This document shows positions 19,955 through 29,479 of a stretch of DNA of 64,000 bases, piece after piece. Positions within the stretch are counted from its first letter, which is position 1. Each line of letters begins with the position of its first letter. Source of the stretch: Acidimicrobiaceae bacterium (GTDB lineage Bacteria; Actinomycetota; Acidimicrobiia; Acidimicrobiales; RAAP-2); NCBI GenBank assembly GCA_947455165.1, contig CANGMP010000004.1, positions 890 to 64,889 of the forward strand, in the 5' to 3' direction. The notes beneath the pieces are model-generated. The model searched no databases, was not told the origin of the DNA, and was given only the letters and a program-made list of their open reading frames with translations. Position numbers and translations under genes: made by a program.

Positions 19955-21427
19955 CTAGCCCCGCTGGGGTGCGAGGAACGTAGGGTGCGGCAACGGAGAC
20001 GTGGCGTTGACGACCGCTTCAATCCGACGGGCCGCATTCAACAGGGTCCACTCATCGTTGGCCCGAGCAATTAGTGTCACGCCGACCGGCAGTCCGCCCA
20101 CCAGACCCATTGGCACGGTGGCAATTGGCCAGCCGGCAATCGCCGCGGGTGATGTCGCCGGAGAGGCCAACGCAGATCCGTGTCCACCGACCGTTAGGTC
20201 GCTCTTCCAAGCCGGGGCGTAGCCCGGCGCGAGCAGGACTTCAACGTCTTGAAGTGCCGGCGTTAAGCACGTCTCAATGGCCCACGCGAGATTGCGGGCA
20301 CGAGCTTCCCGGTACGCCTCGTCTCGCCCTGCGGTGGCTTGAGCCTGCTCGAAGAATTCGTGACCGAAGTAGGGCTGTTCGATGTCGGCGTGCTGGTCCT
20401 CATAAGCAATGACCTCGGCCAATGACTTCACTCCTTCGCCGGGTCGACTGGCGAGATAGGACGTGAGGTCCTCTTTCAACTCGGCGAGCAAGACCGCAAC
20501 TTCGTCGCCGCCCACCTGGGCGTCGGCCTCAGCCACGATGCGTTCGATAACAATTTCCCCGCTGGCCTTGAGGTTGGTTACCAGCTGATCGAAGAGAGCG
20601 TCGGTGGCGCCGTGGCCGGTGCGCCAATTAGTCGCGACGGCGAAGCGAATCTCCTTGTCGTACTTGGTTGGAACTTCTTGGCCGCTCAACACAGCGAAGA
20701 GTCGCATGAGGTCAAAGACGTTGCGCGCCATGGGCCCGGGTGAGTCCTGGCTTGCACTGAGGGGAATAACCCCCGTGGTCGGAACGGCACCAACGGTCGG
20801 CTTCAGGCCGGCCAGACCGCTTAGTGATGCGGGGCAGATGATTGACCCATCGGTCTCGGTGCCAACGGCCAGTGGCGCTAGTCCGGCGGCGACGGCCGCA
20901 CCCGAGCCACTCGAGGAACCGCCAGCACTGCGATCGAGCTGCCATGGATTACCGACGAGACCACCCGAGGCACTCCAACCAGAGGTCGATTGGGGTGAGC
21001 GCATGTTGGCCCATTCGGAGAGATTGGTGGCGCCGAGAACAATGGCGCCCGCGTCACGCAGGCGTGTCACGAGTGCCGCGTCTCGCGCCGGGCGACCACT
21101 CAGTGCCGTGCTGCCCGCTTGACCGGGCAGGCCGGCCGCTTCGATGTTGTCCTTGATGAGCACAGGGAGGCCGTGGAGCGGACCGCATAGCACGCCTCGT
21201 GCTCGCGTCGCATCACACTCGGCCGCAATCTCGAGAGCGTCGGTGGCGAAGGCCGCAATTGATCGCAGGCCGATTTGCCCATCGGCGCTGTCGATCACGC
21301 GAGCTCGCTCTAGCAGGGTGTTGACGAGATCCACTGAGGTCAGCGTTCCTTCCTCGAGGCGATCGAGAAGTTCACCGGCCGAGGCGAACGCGAGGTCAAC
21401 GGAGCTGGCGTGGGGATCGATACTCAT
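19955..21427 (-). CDS. Amidase signature family protein
   Basis: GPLHGLPVLIKDN, GGSSSGSG, GTETDGSI (Ser-cisSer-Lys triad). Confidence 0.92.
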   Translation of the reverse strand: MSIDPHASSVDLAFASAGELLDRLEEGTLTSVDLVNTLLERARVIDSADGQIGLRSIAAFATDALEIAAECDATRARGVLCGPLHGLPVLIKDNIEAAGLPGQAGSTALSGRPARDAALVTRLRDAGAIVLGATNLSEWANMRSPQSTSGWSASGGLVGNPWQLDRSAGGSSSGSGAAVAAGLAPLAVGTETDGSIICPASLSGLAGLKPTVGAVPTTGVIPLSASQDSPGPMARNVFDLMRLFAVLSGQEVPTKYDKEIRFAVATNWRTGHGATDALFDQLVTNLKASGEIVIERIVAEADAQVGGDEVAVLLAELKEDLTSYLASRPGEGVKSLAEVIAYEDQHADIEQPYFGHEFFEQAQATAGRDEAYREARARNLAWAIETCLTPALQDVEVLLAPGYAPAWKSDLTVGGHGSALASPATSPAAIAGWPIATVPMGLVGGLPVGVTLIARANDEWTLLNAARRIEAVVNATSPLPHPTFLAPQRG

Positions 21428-21485
21428 GACCAGTGAGGCTAGAAGGTAACCACTGGAGTCGAGCGGGCTGACCTAACGTGAAGTC

Positions 21486-22121
21486 GTGCCAGAACTTCTC
21501 GTCGTCGACCACCCGCTGATTGCCGATGCCGTCCGTCAACTCCGTGACGAAAAGACGCCCAACGCCGACTTCCTCCGACTTGCCGGCGACATTTCTCGTT
21601 ATCTGACCTACGAAGCCTTTCGCCACGCGCCAGTGACCCCAACGACGGTTGATACACCGGTGATGAAGGGGGCTCCGGCCGTTCGCGTAGACCGCGAGTA
21701 CCTCATCGTCCCAATTCTTCGAGCCGGTCTCGGTATGAGTCCGGCCGTGCAGGCCGTCTTACCCAAGCACCGAGTCTGTCTCATGGGTCTTCGCCGCAAC
21801 GAAGAGACGCTCCAGCCCGACCTCTATCTCGACGGCCTGCCCGAGCGACTTGACGGGGTGAGCGTGGTGATCTGTGACCCGATGCTCGCCACCGGGGGCT
21901 CGCTGGTGGCCGCCATTGACTTGCTGAAGCAGCGCGGTGCGGCCGATATCACCGCCCTCGTCTTGATTGCGGCGCAGGCCGGGGTTGACCATGTTCACGG
22001 TCTTCACGACGACGTCCGAATTGTGGCCGCAGCACTTGACCCGGTCCTCAACGACGTCGGTTACATCACGCCAGGGCTGGGCGATGCCGGCGACCGACTC
22101 TTTGGCCCGCCCGCCCGCTAA
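21486..22121 (+). CDS. upp: Uracil phosphoribosyltransferase
   Basis: VDHPLI, PILRAGLGM, DPMLATGGS, GYITPGLGDAGDRLFG. Confidence 0.96.
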   Translation: MPELLVVDHPLIADAVRQLRDEKTPNADFLRLAGDISRYLTYEAFRHAPVTPTTVDTPVMKGAPAVRVDREYLIVPILRAGLGMSPAVQAVLPKHRVCLMGLRRNEETLQPDLYLDGLPERLDGVSVVICDPMLATGGSLVAAIDLLKQRGAADITALVLIAAQAGVDHVHGLHDDVRIVAAALDPVLNDVGYITPGLGDAGDRLFGPPAR

Positions 22122-22124
22122 CGC

Positions 22125-22598
22125 TTAGAGGCCGATGTCCTCGTGCCAAATCTCGGGGTGTTCGTGAATGAATGTCTCGAGAATAGTGACGCAGTCAGCG
22201 TCGTCCACGATCAGCACTTCGACACCCTTTTCAATCAACCAGTCGTGACCGCCGTAGAAGTTCTGCGACTCACCAATGACCACGGCACCGATGTTGAACT
22301 GATAGACGAGGCCCGAGCAGTACCAACATGGCGAGAGAGTCGTCACCATCACGCAGTCGGGGTAGTCACGTCGACGACCGGCCTTGCGAAAGGCGTCAGT
22401 CTCGGCGTGAACCGAGGCGTCGTTTTCTTGGATACGCCGGTTATGACCGGCGCCGAGCAGGGTGCCGTCGCGGTGAAAGAGGGCCGCACCGATTGGAATA
22501 CCGCCTTCGGCTAAGCCGTTGGCGGCTTCCTGGTACGCGGTGCGCAGCATTTGCTTGGCCAGATCGCGGTCGAGGGGAGGACGGTTCTCAGTGCTCAT
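22125..22598 (-). CDS. Zn-dependent cytosine/nucleoside deaminase (CDA fold, Fcy1-like)
   Basis: EGGIPIGA, GHNRRIQ, HAE, TLSPCWYC, WHEDIG; start placed at MSTENR (22598). Confidence 0.88.
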   Translation of the reverse strand: MSTENRPPLDRDLAKQMLRTAYQEAANGLAEGGIPIGAALFHRDGTLLGAGHNRRIQENDASVHAETDAFRKAGRRRDYPDCVMVTTLSPCWYCSGLVYQFNIGAVVIGESQNFYGGHDWLIEKGVEVLIVDDADCVTILETFIHEHPEIWHEDIGL

Positions 22599-22618
22599 GG
22601 CGCTAAGTATTGCCGAAC

Positions 22619-24475
22619 TTAGTAATGGTATTGCGGTCCTCGGGCAAGCAGGAGTCGAGCCAACAAGCCAATGAGCCCACACGCACCGAGTGCGGTGGCG
22701 CCACTGGCCAGTTCGACACCGTGGGGCTGCAGTGCTGCCGCGACGAGTGCCATCACGACAGTCGTCACATTCAAGGTCATGGCCAGATCTCGATATCGGT
22801 CGCTTCGCTCGTGCGAGGTGCGAATGCCGACACCCACGACCGTGCAGCCGAGCGCTAAAACGACGAGTGCGACGGCGAGTGGGAGCGCGGCCACCAGGGC
22901 AATCAGGCCCATGGTCGCTCCACCCGCAACGAGGATCAGCCCGAAGGCGTGCAGGCGGCGTGGGTGAACACCCGTGGCCAAATGAGTGCCTCGCTGATTG
23001 CCGACGTAACGATTGGCGAGCTCGAGAACCCAATACGTCAACGACGCACCGCCGATGCCGAGGGGGATTGAAAAGTCCGCCCCACCCCACCAGCCGTTGA
23101 GTGTTGTGTCGTAAAAAGATCCGAAGTGATTCGAAAGCGGGGTCATCCAGTGAAACGGGAAGTTAACTGGCGGCGGTGCCTTGGAGTAAGCGCTGATGGC
23201 GGCCACGACGCCGACAATGAAGGCTGAAAAGGCATTCCAGTTCACCCCGAATGAGCCGAAGTAGGTCGAGTCCTGTGATGCGTCGTGAAGGGCTGCGTGG
23301 TCGTAGCGGCGAGCACGCATCAGCCAGTCGGTAATGAAGATGCCAAACCACGGAGCGATCCACACAATGACGACTCCGACGAACTCCTTCATAAAGAGTG
23401 AGAATGTTGAGCCGAAGGTAACCCAGATGGTCAGCAGACCGGCGATGACGCCGTCGACCACGACGGCCTGGTATCGCTTCAGCCGTAGGCCGAGAGCCTG
23501 GAGCGAAACGCCCGAGGAGTAGAGGTCGAGGGCATTGATGGCGAACAACTGGACAATGGCGACAACGAGAAAGAGAACAACGAACCACACTGGGATAATT
23601 GTTTGGTGGCTGCTCAGCATGGCGTCAAAAGGGTTGACACTGTTCCAAAGTTCAAATGAACCAAAGGCGGTGTAGGCCGTGGCACCCACCAGCATTGTGC
23701 TGATTTGAGGGAGTGCCGTTGCGGCGAAGATCCACCACACCAGAGAGCGCTTCGATGTGGCACGAGGAAGGTACCGGGTGTAGTCGTTGCCATTCTCGGT
23801 CCAGCTCAACCCGGCCAACGTGAAGGAAAACGCCAGGGCGGCCGAATAGATCTGCCAGTTGAATCCGTGAACGGCGGCCGTGTAACCCAGGTTCCAGTGG
23901 CCCGAGGTAACGACCACGAGTGCGACGTAGATGAGCACAAAGGGGATTATCAGCAGTCGCAAGACGCGAACCATCGTGGCGTGGCCGAAGTACGGCAGGA
24001 CGACCATGATCGCCGTGGCTAGCACGATGTAGATGACCTTGGCGAGTGACGATGGGTGATAGCCAAAAATCTCCGAGAGCGTGACGGCCCCTCCGACGAT
24101 CAAGATCAGCCCCTCGGTTTCAAAGCCGAGTTGGGTGATCCAGTTGAAAAAGGCCATCGGTCTCGCCCCGCGGGTCCCGAAGGGGGCTCGCACAATGGTG
24201 AAGGTCGTGGTACCGGCTTCGGGTCCCTGTAACGAAGCGATGCCGAGGAGAAAGTACGAGAGGTTGCCGAGCAGAATCAGGCTCACGGTGAGTGGAAAGT
24301 TGAAGCCGAATCCCATGAGGAGGGCGCCGTAAACGAAGTACTGAACGTTGGTGCTCACTCCGCCCCAAAGTCCGGCAATGGCCCGCGGTGTCGCCCAGCG
24401 CTGGCTCTGGGGGATGTAGTCAATTCCCTGACGCTCGACGCGAAAGGCCAGCGACGACTCTTGGTTGGACTGCAC
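22619..24475 (-). CDS. NCS1 (purine-cytosine permease family) transporter with C-terminal hydrophobic extension
   Basis: VERQGIDYIP..R, RAPFG.RG, SW.ENG.DYTRYLP, N.LDLYSSG; start approximate (GTG after GAAGGGAG). Confidence 0.85.
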   Translation of the reverse strand: MQSNQESSLAFRVERQGIDYIPQSQRWATPRAIAGLWGGVSTNVQYFVYGALLMGFGFNFPLTVSLILLGNLSYFLLGIASLQGPEAGTTTFTIVRAPFGTRGARPMAFFNWITQLGFETEGLILIVGGAVTLSEIFGYHPSSLAKVIYIVLATAIMVVLPYFGHATMVRVLRLLIIPFVLIYVALVVVTSGHWNLGYTAAVHGFNWQIYSAALAFSFTLAGLSWTENGNDYTRYLPRATSKRSLVWWIFAATALPQISTMLVGATAYTAFGSFELWNSVNPFDAMLSSHQTIIPVWFVVLFLVVAIVQLFAINALDLYSSGVSLQALGLRLKRYQAVVVDGVIAGLLTIWVTFGSTFSLFMKEFVGVVIVWIAPWFGIFITDWLMRARRYDHAALHDASQDSTYFGSFGVNWNAFSAFIVGVVAAISAYSKAPPPVNFPFHWMTPLSNHFGSFYDTTLNGWWGGADFSIPLGIGGASLTYWVLELANRYVGNQRGTHLATGVHPRRLHAFGLILVAGGATMGLIALVAALPLAVALVVLALGCTVVGVGIRTSHERSDRYRDLAMTLNVTTVVMALVAAALQPHGVELASGATALGACGLIGLLARLLLARGPQYHY

Positions 24476-24637
24476 GGCCACTGCGCTCCCTTCACCCTTG
24501 CATTCGCCGCGAGTCAACGAAGTACGCCTCAGAGAATGGCACACTGAACCGACTCTTCGAACATGCCGTGACATCGTTGGCTCTGACTAGCGGCCAACTC
24601 CGCCGTTTCGAAAATCGTTTGCCGTACGGTTGCTGCC

Positions 24638-25300
24638 ATGAATCCCTACGAACTGGCCTGGAACGCGAGTCGTACTCGCATCAGCGAACTCATTCGAGCC
24701 ACACCGTTGGAACGTCTCGAGCAGATCGCGCCATTAACTCCAGCGTGGCGCATTCGCGACATCGTGGCGCACCTCGTCGGTGTGTCGCAGGACATTTCCG
24801 CCGGTAACTTTCCGAAGAACTTCGATGAGTGGACTGCGGCTCAGGTTGATCGGTTGCGCGATACCGACGCCCACCAGCTCGTGGAGCGATGGGCCGAATA
24901 TTCACTTGGCGCCTCACTCAGCGAGTCGTTGGCAATTGCCATCTTTGATCAGGTCACTCACGAAGCAGACATCTTCCACGCACTCGGTGTCCCTACCTCC
25001 ATCGACGACGAGACAATGGATCTGCTCGTACGTTTCACCCTCAATCGATTTGATGCCACGAAGAACGATCTCGCGGTCGCCCTCCATTTAGACGGAGAGA
25101 TGTGGCGCATCGGCGAAGGCCCTCAGCCCCTCTCATTAATCGGTTCACGATTTGAGTGGTTCCGTGCAAGCAGCGGTCGCCGGAGTGCCAATCAGATTCG
25201 CCTCATGTCCTGGCAGGGGGATGTCGACGTCATTGAACTGCTCTTTGGGAGCCGCTTCTTTGTTCCTGCGCAAAGTGATGTCGAAGAGTTCACGAAGTAG
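24638..25300 (+). CDS. Maleylpyruvate isomerase-like (MDMPI/DinB superfamily) mycothiol-dependent protein
   Basis: P.TPAWRIRDIVAHL, WTAAQV, D..THEADI, SGRRS..QI. Confidence 0.78.
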   Translation: MNPYELAWNASRTRISELIRATPLERLEQIAPLTPAWRIRDIVAHLVGVSQDISAGNFPKNFDEWTAAQVDRLRDTDAHQLVERWAEYSLGASLSESLAIAIFDQVTHEADIFHALGVPTSIDDETMDLLVRFTLNRFDATKNDLAVALHLDGEMWRIGEGPQPLSLIGSRFEWFRASSGRRSANQIRLMSWQGDVDVIELLFGSRFFVPAQSDVEEFTK

Positions 25301-25405
25301 CCAGACTTTCTTCTCGTCTTCTTAGATTCTCTCTACATCGTCATTACGTTGAGTCGGAAAACTGAACCCGTTCGAGCAAGTGTCTGGAACAGAAGAAGGT
25401 AACGA

Positions 25406-26116
25406 ATGTCACTCCGAAGTTCACAACCAAAGCGCAGCCTGCGCCTCCTCAGCACTATGGCGATTACCGCCGGTCTCTTCACTGGTGCGGCCGGCTTGGC
25501 TGGCGCTGCCTCAACGGCGAGCCACTCGTCAAAGGCTCACGGCGCGACGAGCCACGCATCAGCACCGAAGCCCAATCACGCCGCTCCAGCCAATTTTCAT
25601 CCCGGTGTCGTGTCGGCCGTAACAGCGTCGTCCATCACGCTGACTCTGCCCGACTCATCGACGACGAGTTACGTGATCAACTCAGCGACGGTCGTTGAGG
25701 ATCACGACGTAACTAAGTCGGTCGCTGACATCACCGTCGGCTCGCCGGCGGCGGTCATCAGCTCGAGTGCTGATGCCACCGTGGCGACCAAGATTCTGAT
25801 TGGCGTTCCGGGCCGCGACGCACCACGCGACAACCAGCCCCACCTCGGTGGTCAGGTGGTGGCCGTTAATGCCTCGACAATCACCGTGGCCGATCGCGAC
25901 GGCTTCTGGCGCACGATTGTCACGAGCGCTGCAACGAGCTACCGCAACGACACCTCGTCGACCACGCGTGACACCGTGGTCGCGGGCACGTTTGTCGAAG
26001 CCCGTGGCGCCGTAGACGCCAACCACACGGCTCTCGATGCGTCGTCAGTCATCGTTTCGGCGACGGCCCCAATGGGTCCCGGCGGCGATCACGGACCCGA
26101 AGGAATGCACCGCTAG
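25406..26116 (+). CDS. Secreted protein with two beta-rich repeats (DUF5666-like)
   Basis: Signal peptide; two G.V.AV.AS.IT repeats, each followed by a TVG../VAG..V segment. Confidence 0.6.
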   Translation: MSLRSSQPKRSLRLLSTMAITAGLFTGAAGLAGAASTASHSSKAHGATSHASAPKPNHAAPANFHPGVVSAVTASSITLTLPDSSTTSYVINSATVVEDHDVTKSVADITVGSPAAVISSSADATVATKILIGVPGRDAPRDNQPHLGGQVVAVNASTITVADRDGFWRTIVTSAATSYRNDTSSTTRDTVVAGTFVEARGAVDANHTALDASSVIVSATAPMGPGGDHGPEGMHR

Positions 26117-26139
26117 ATCCGTATTTATCAAGGACATTG

Positions 26140-26178
26140 ACACCCCCGGCCCCTCGAGGCCGGGGGTGTTTTCTTTTG
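26140..26178 (+). terminator. Intrinsic terminator
   Basis: ACACCCCCGGCC-loop-GGCCGGGGGTGT followed by TTTCTTTT. Confidence 0.88.
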
Positions 26179-26335
26179 AACCTGCTCGCTTGTGAAGAGG
26201 TTCTTCTGAAATTTGCTCATCATGACTACGCAATGTGCGCCGCGTTTGTGTATTGTCGCAATTACGAGGTCGTCCAAGGGGGGCGCCTCAAAGATGGAGT
26301 TCCCTGAAGAGGGATCTCCGAGGTAAGGGGGGAAC

Positions 26336-28186
26336 GTGGAAAACACGTTTAGCCGTCGTTCATTCCTCACACACTCGGCAGCTGCTGCTGGTGGAATCGC
26401 AATGGCCGGCACTGTTGTCGACTCATTGGTTTCTGCTGCAGGCGCGACCGCGGAAGTGGGCAATGATGGACTTCCAACAAGTGGCCAAAAGGGTGGCACG
26501 CTTCGAGTCGGTATCGGTTCTGAGCAGCCGAGCAACACGACCTTCTCGGGCGCCAAGGGCAAGATGGACGCCGCGGCGTTCTGTATTGCTAACGCCGTCT
26601 ACGACCCGCTGTTCGTCGCTTCGGCCGACGGCAAGACCTGGCTGCCAAACCTGGCAATCAACGCCACGTCAGACGCCGCCGCCAAGGTCTGGACAATCAC
26701 GCTTCGCCAGGGTGTTACGTTTCACAACGGTGACGCTTTCACCGCCGACCACGTTGTGGCGAACTACACCGCTGCCAAGAACGACCTCACCGTCGGTCTT
26801 GCTATCAAGCCGTTGATCGCCAACTGCGAGAAGGTCAGCACGTACGTCGTCAAGTACACGACGGTCAACTCGTGGACTACCTTCCCGTTCCACCTTTCGG
26901 AACAGCAGATTGCCTACATGGCTCACCCCATTGACCTTGACGCCAATGGTGGCAAGCCAATCGGCACCGGTCCATTCCTGCTCCAGTCGCTCGGCGACTG
27001 GAACCAGACCACCGGTGTTTCGACCTGGCAGGCCAACCCGAACTACTGGAAGAAGGACTCGGCCGGTAACTCGTTGCCGTACGTCGACACGTTGGTATTC
27101 AAGGTGATCGTTGACCCCAACTCACGTTGGCAAGCTCTGCAGTCGGGCACCATCGACCTCATGGTCAACAACGACGGTGGCGCCATCAAGAACGTCAAGA
27201 GCGCTACCGGTTCGTCCGTTACCGCTGTCTCGGGTTCAAACAGCTCGTACCGTTGGGTCTCTGACGAGAACGGTGTTCGCGAACCTGCGATCAACTGTCT
27301 CATTGTGAACACTCAGGGTGCTCCAGCCAACTGGCCCGCCGGTGGTAAGCCCAAGGGTGCGGTCAACCCGTCGAACGGAACCTGGAACGCCACCGCCACG
27401 CCAGTGGTATCGGACATCCGCATCCGTCAGGCATGTGCCGCAGCGATCAACCGCACGACGTACCTCTCGGGCCAGGACGGCAGCATCGGCCAGGTCATCG
27501 ACGGTATCTACCGTGCCAAGGTCGGCGGCAAGGCCAACCCGATGTACAAGGACCCCAAGTACCCCAAGTACAGCACCACTGCCGCCAAGGCGCTGGTTGC
27601 TGCGTGGAAGAAGGCCAACCCTGGTGTTGCCTGCGCCTTTGTCATCGACATCGTTGCCGGTAACGACGCTCAGTTGGCTGCCTTCACGTGGATCAAGGGC
27701 CAGCTGGCCATCGTGGGTATCACGGTGACCTCGCGCTCGATGGTTCAGAAGGACCTCATCCAGGCCAAGATTGACAAGCACTACGACGCCTCGACGTGGA
27801 GTCAGTTCGGTGGTATCACCCCCGACCTCAACTACGTCTGGTTCAACAGCTTCCCCTTCTTGGGCAAGCAGGCCAACAACTACGTGAACTTCGCTCAGCA
27901 GGCCGACCCGGCTCTGCAGGCTGCGATGATTGCCGGTATGAAGGCTGCGAACGGCTCGGCTGCTCAGAAGACGGCCTGGCAGACGGTGAACACCCGTCTG
28001 GCTGTCAACATCCCGTACCTGTACCTCGACACGACGGTAACCATGTTTGCCGCTCGCGCCAACGTGAAGAACTTCGCGTACGCCGGTACTCCGGGAACCA
28101 TGGGTAGCTCCGCTAACAAGGCGACCGCTCGCGCGTACAGTCCTGACGGTGGATCTGCTCGTTGGGAGCACATCTTCAAGGTCTAG
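26336..28186 (+). CDS. Tat-exported ABC substrate-binding protein, family 5 (Opp/Dpp/Nik-like), orphan
   Basis: SRRSFL Tat motif; GGTLRVG, VYDPL, WTITLRQGVTFHNG, PIGTGPF, NPNYW, D.RIRQA; strongly biased codons. Confidence 0.88.
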   Translation: MENTFSRRSFLTHSAAAAGGIAMAGTVVDSLVSAAGATAEVGNDGLPTSGQKGGTLRVGIGSEQPSNTTFSGAKGKMDAAAFCIANAVYDPLFVASADGKTWLPNLAINATSDAAAKVWTITLRQGVTFHNGDAFTADHVVANYTAAKNDLTVGLAIKPLIANCEKVSTYVVKYTTVNSWTTFPFHLSEQQIAYMAHPIDLDANGGKPIGTGPFLLQSLGDWNQTTGVSTWQANPNYWKKDSAGNSLPYVDTLVFKVIVDPNSRWQALQSGTIDLMVNNDGGAIKNVKSATGSSVTAVSGSNSSYRWVSDENGVREPAINCLIVNTQGAPANWPAGGKPKGAVNPSNGTWNATATPVVSDIRIRQACAAAINRTTYLSGQDGSIGQVIDGIYRAKVGGKANPMYKDPKYPKYSTTAAKALVAAWKKANPGVACAFVIDIVAGNDAQLAAFTWIKGQLAIVGITVTSRSMVQKDLIQAKIDKHYDASTWSQFGGITPDLNYVWFNSFPFLGKQANNYVNFAQQADPALQAAMIAGMKAANGSAAQKTAWQTVNTRLAVNIPYLYLDTTVTMFAARANVKNFAYAGTPGTMGSSANKATARAYSPDGGSARWEHIFKV

Positions 28187-28212
28187 GCCTCGAAGATCGT
28201 CCAAAGCGATCG

Positions 28213-28253
28213 AGACCGGCGGCACCGCAAGGTGCCGCCGGTCTTTTGCTTTT
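28213..28253 (+). terminator. Intrinsic terminator
   Basis: AGACCGGCGGCACC-GCAA-GGTGCCGCCGGTCT followed by TTTGCTTTT. Confidence 0.9.
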
Positions 28254-28280
28254 CTGGGTGAAACGTAAATTGACTGGTGG

Positions 28281-29441
28281 CTAGGCCGAAGCGGAAATGC
28301 GACCGGGGGTCTTGGCCCACCAGAAGATCTGCGACAAAATCATCACCGCTGAAATGGCGGCCACCACAGTGAAAGGCAACCCTGGCGAGATGGCAAAGAG
28401 TTGGCCCGAGAAGAGGGCTGACAGCGCGAGCGCAGCGGTATTTGCCGTGGTGGAGATTCCCTGACGGCGACCCAGTTCGCGATCGTGGGCGCCTTGAGTC
28501 AGCAGTGACGAGAGGGAGGAGACCGAGAGTGCGGCCCCGATGGCTTCGCCGGAACCCAAGATCAACAACAGCGTGATGTTGTGGATGTGGGGATACAAGA
28601 ACAGGAAGAATGCGCCATTCAGCCCACCGAGGGTTGCAATCAAACGCCGGTCGAACTTGTCGGCGAGTTTGCCGCCAACGGTAGCGAGAATGAGCCACGG
28701 CACGCAGAAAAAAGTCCAACTCAGGCGAATCTGTGTCGAACTGGCGCCAAAGGAGTGCATGAGCAAGCTCCAACAGGTTTCGTAGACCCCAACGCACAGA
28801 CCCGTAGCCGCCGTTCCAACCACGGCGCCAATTACTTGTCGGTTGATCTGAAGTGGCGGCAGTGGCTCGGTGTGAATCTCGGGTGTGGCCGCGGGCAGGC
28901 TGCGCAGCGCCAGGAGACCGGCGAAGGTGCTCGTTACTCCAGCGATCAGATAGGCCCAGCCGATGTGATTCACGGTGATGAACACACCCAGGAGGGGTCC
29001 AGTCGCAATGCCAAAGAGCTGGGCGGTGTAGATCTTGGACATTGCCGACCCCCGCTCTTCTTCGGGGAAGAGGGATGCCACGGTCGAAAGTGACGAGACC
29101 TCAATGGCCCCGGCGGCCACGCCTTGCAGCGCTCGTGTCACGATGAACCAAAAGACGGGCACCGACAAGAGATACATGGGGCTGGCCAAACCGTAGAGTA
29201 AGAGGCCTCCGGCCAAAATCACCCGACGACCGAACCGGTCAGCGAGGTGGCCGGCGACGAACTGGGTGACGACGCCGGAGATAAAAAAGGCCGACATGAT
29301 GATGCCTACCGAGCTCGGCGTGGCACCCCGATGCAGTAAAAAGAGGCTGAGCAGGGGCAGACCCATCGTTGCGCCCATCCACTGGACCGCCACCACGAGC
29401 TGGAGACGGCGAAGGATGGACGAGGGGGTCGGCGCTGACAC
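28281..29441 (-). CDS. MFS transporter (DHA1-like, 12 TM)
   Basis: GHLADRFGRR and GKLADKFDRR motif A copies, RALQG; GTG start after TAGCGT-N7. Confidence 0.88.
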   Translation of the reverse strand: MSAPTPSSILRRLQLVVAVQWMGATMGLPLLSLFLLHRGATPSSVGIIMSAFFISGVVTQFVAGHLADRFGRRVILAGGLLLYGLASPMYLLSVPVFWFIVTRALQGVAAGAIEVSSLSTVASLFPEEERGSAMSKIYTAQLFGIATGPLLGVFITVNHIGWAYLIAGVTSTFAGLLALRSLPAATPEIHTEPLPPLQINRQVIGAVVGTAATGLCVGVYETCWSLLMHSFGASSTQIRLSWTFFCVPWLILATVGGKLADKFDRRLIATLGGLNGAFFLFLYPHIHNITLLLILGSGEAIGAALSVSSLSSLLTQGAHDRELGRRQGISTTANTAALALSALFSGQLFAISPGLPFTVVAAISAVMILSQIFWWAKTPGRISASA

Positions 29442-29479
29442 GCAGACCACGCTACCGTTCGAGCGTGGGAAATTCCGTG

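Noticed and set aside
22125-23090. Apparent 321-aa deaminase with a long N-terminal extension
   Set aside because: The extension overlaps the permease in another frame and is Arg-rich noise; the domain starts at 22598
25364-25373. GAAC-CC-GTTC as a second SOS box
   Set aside because: The spacer is 2 nt rather than the required 4
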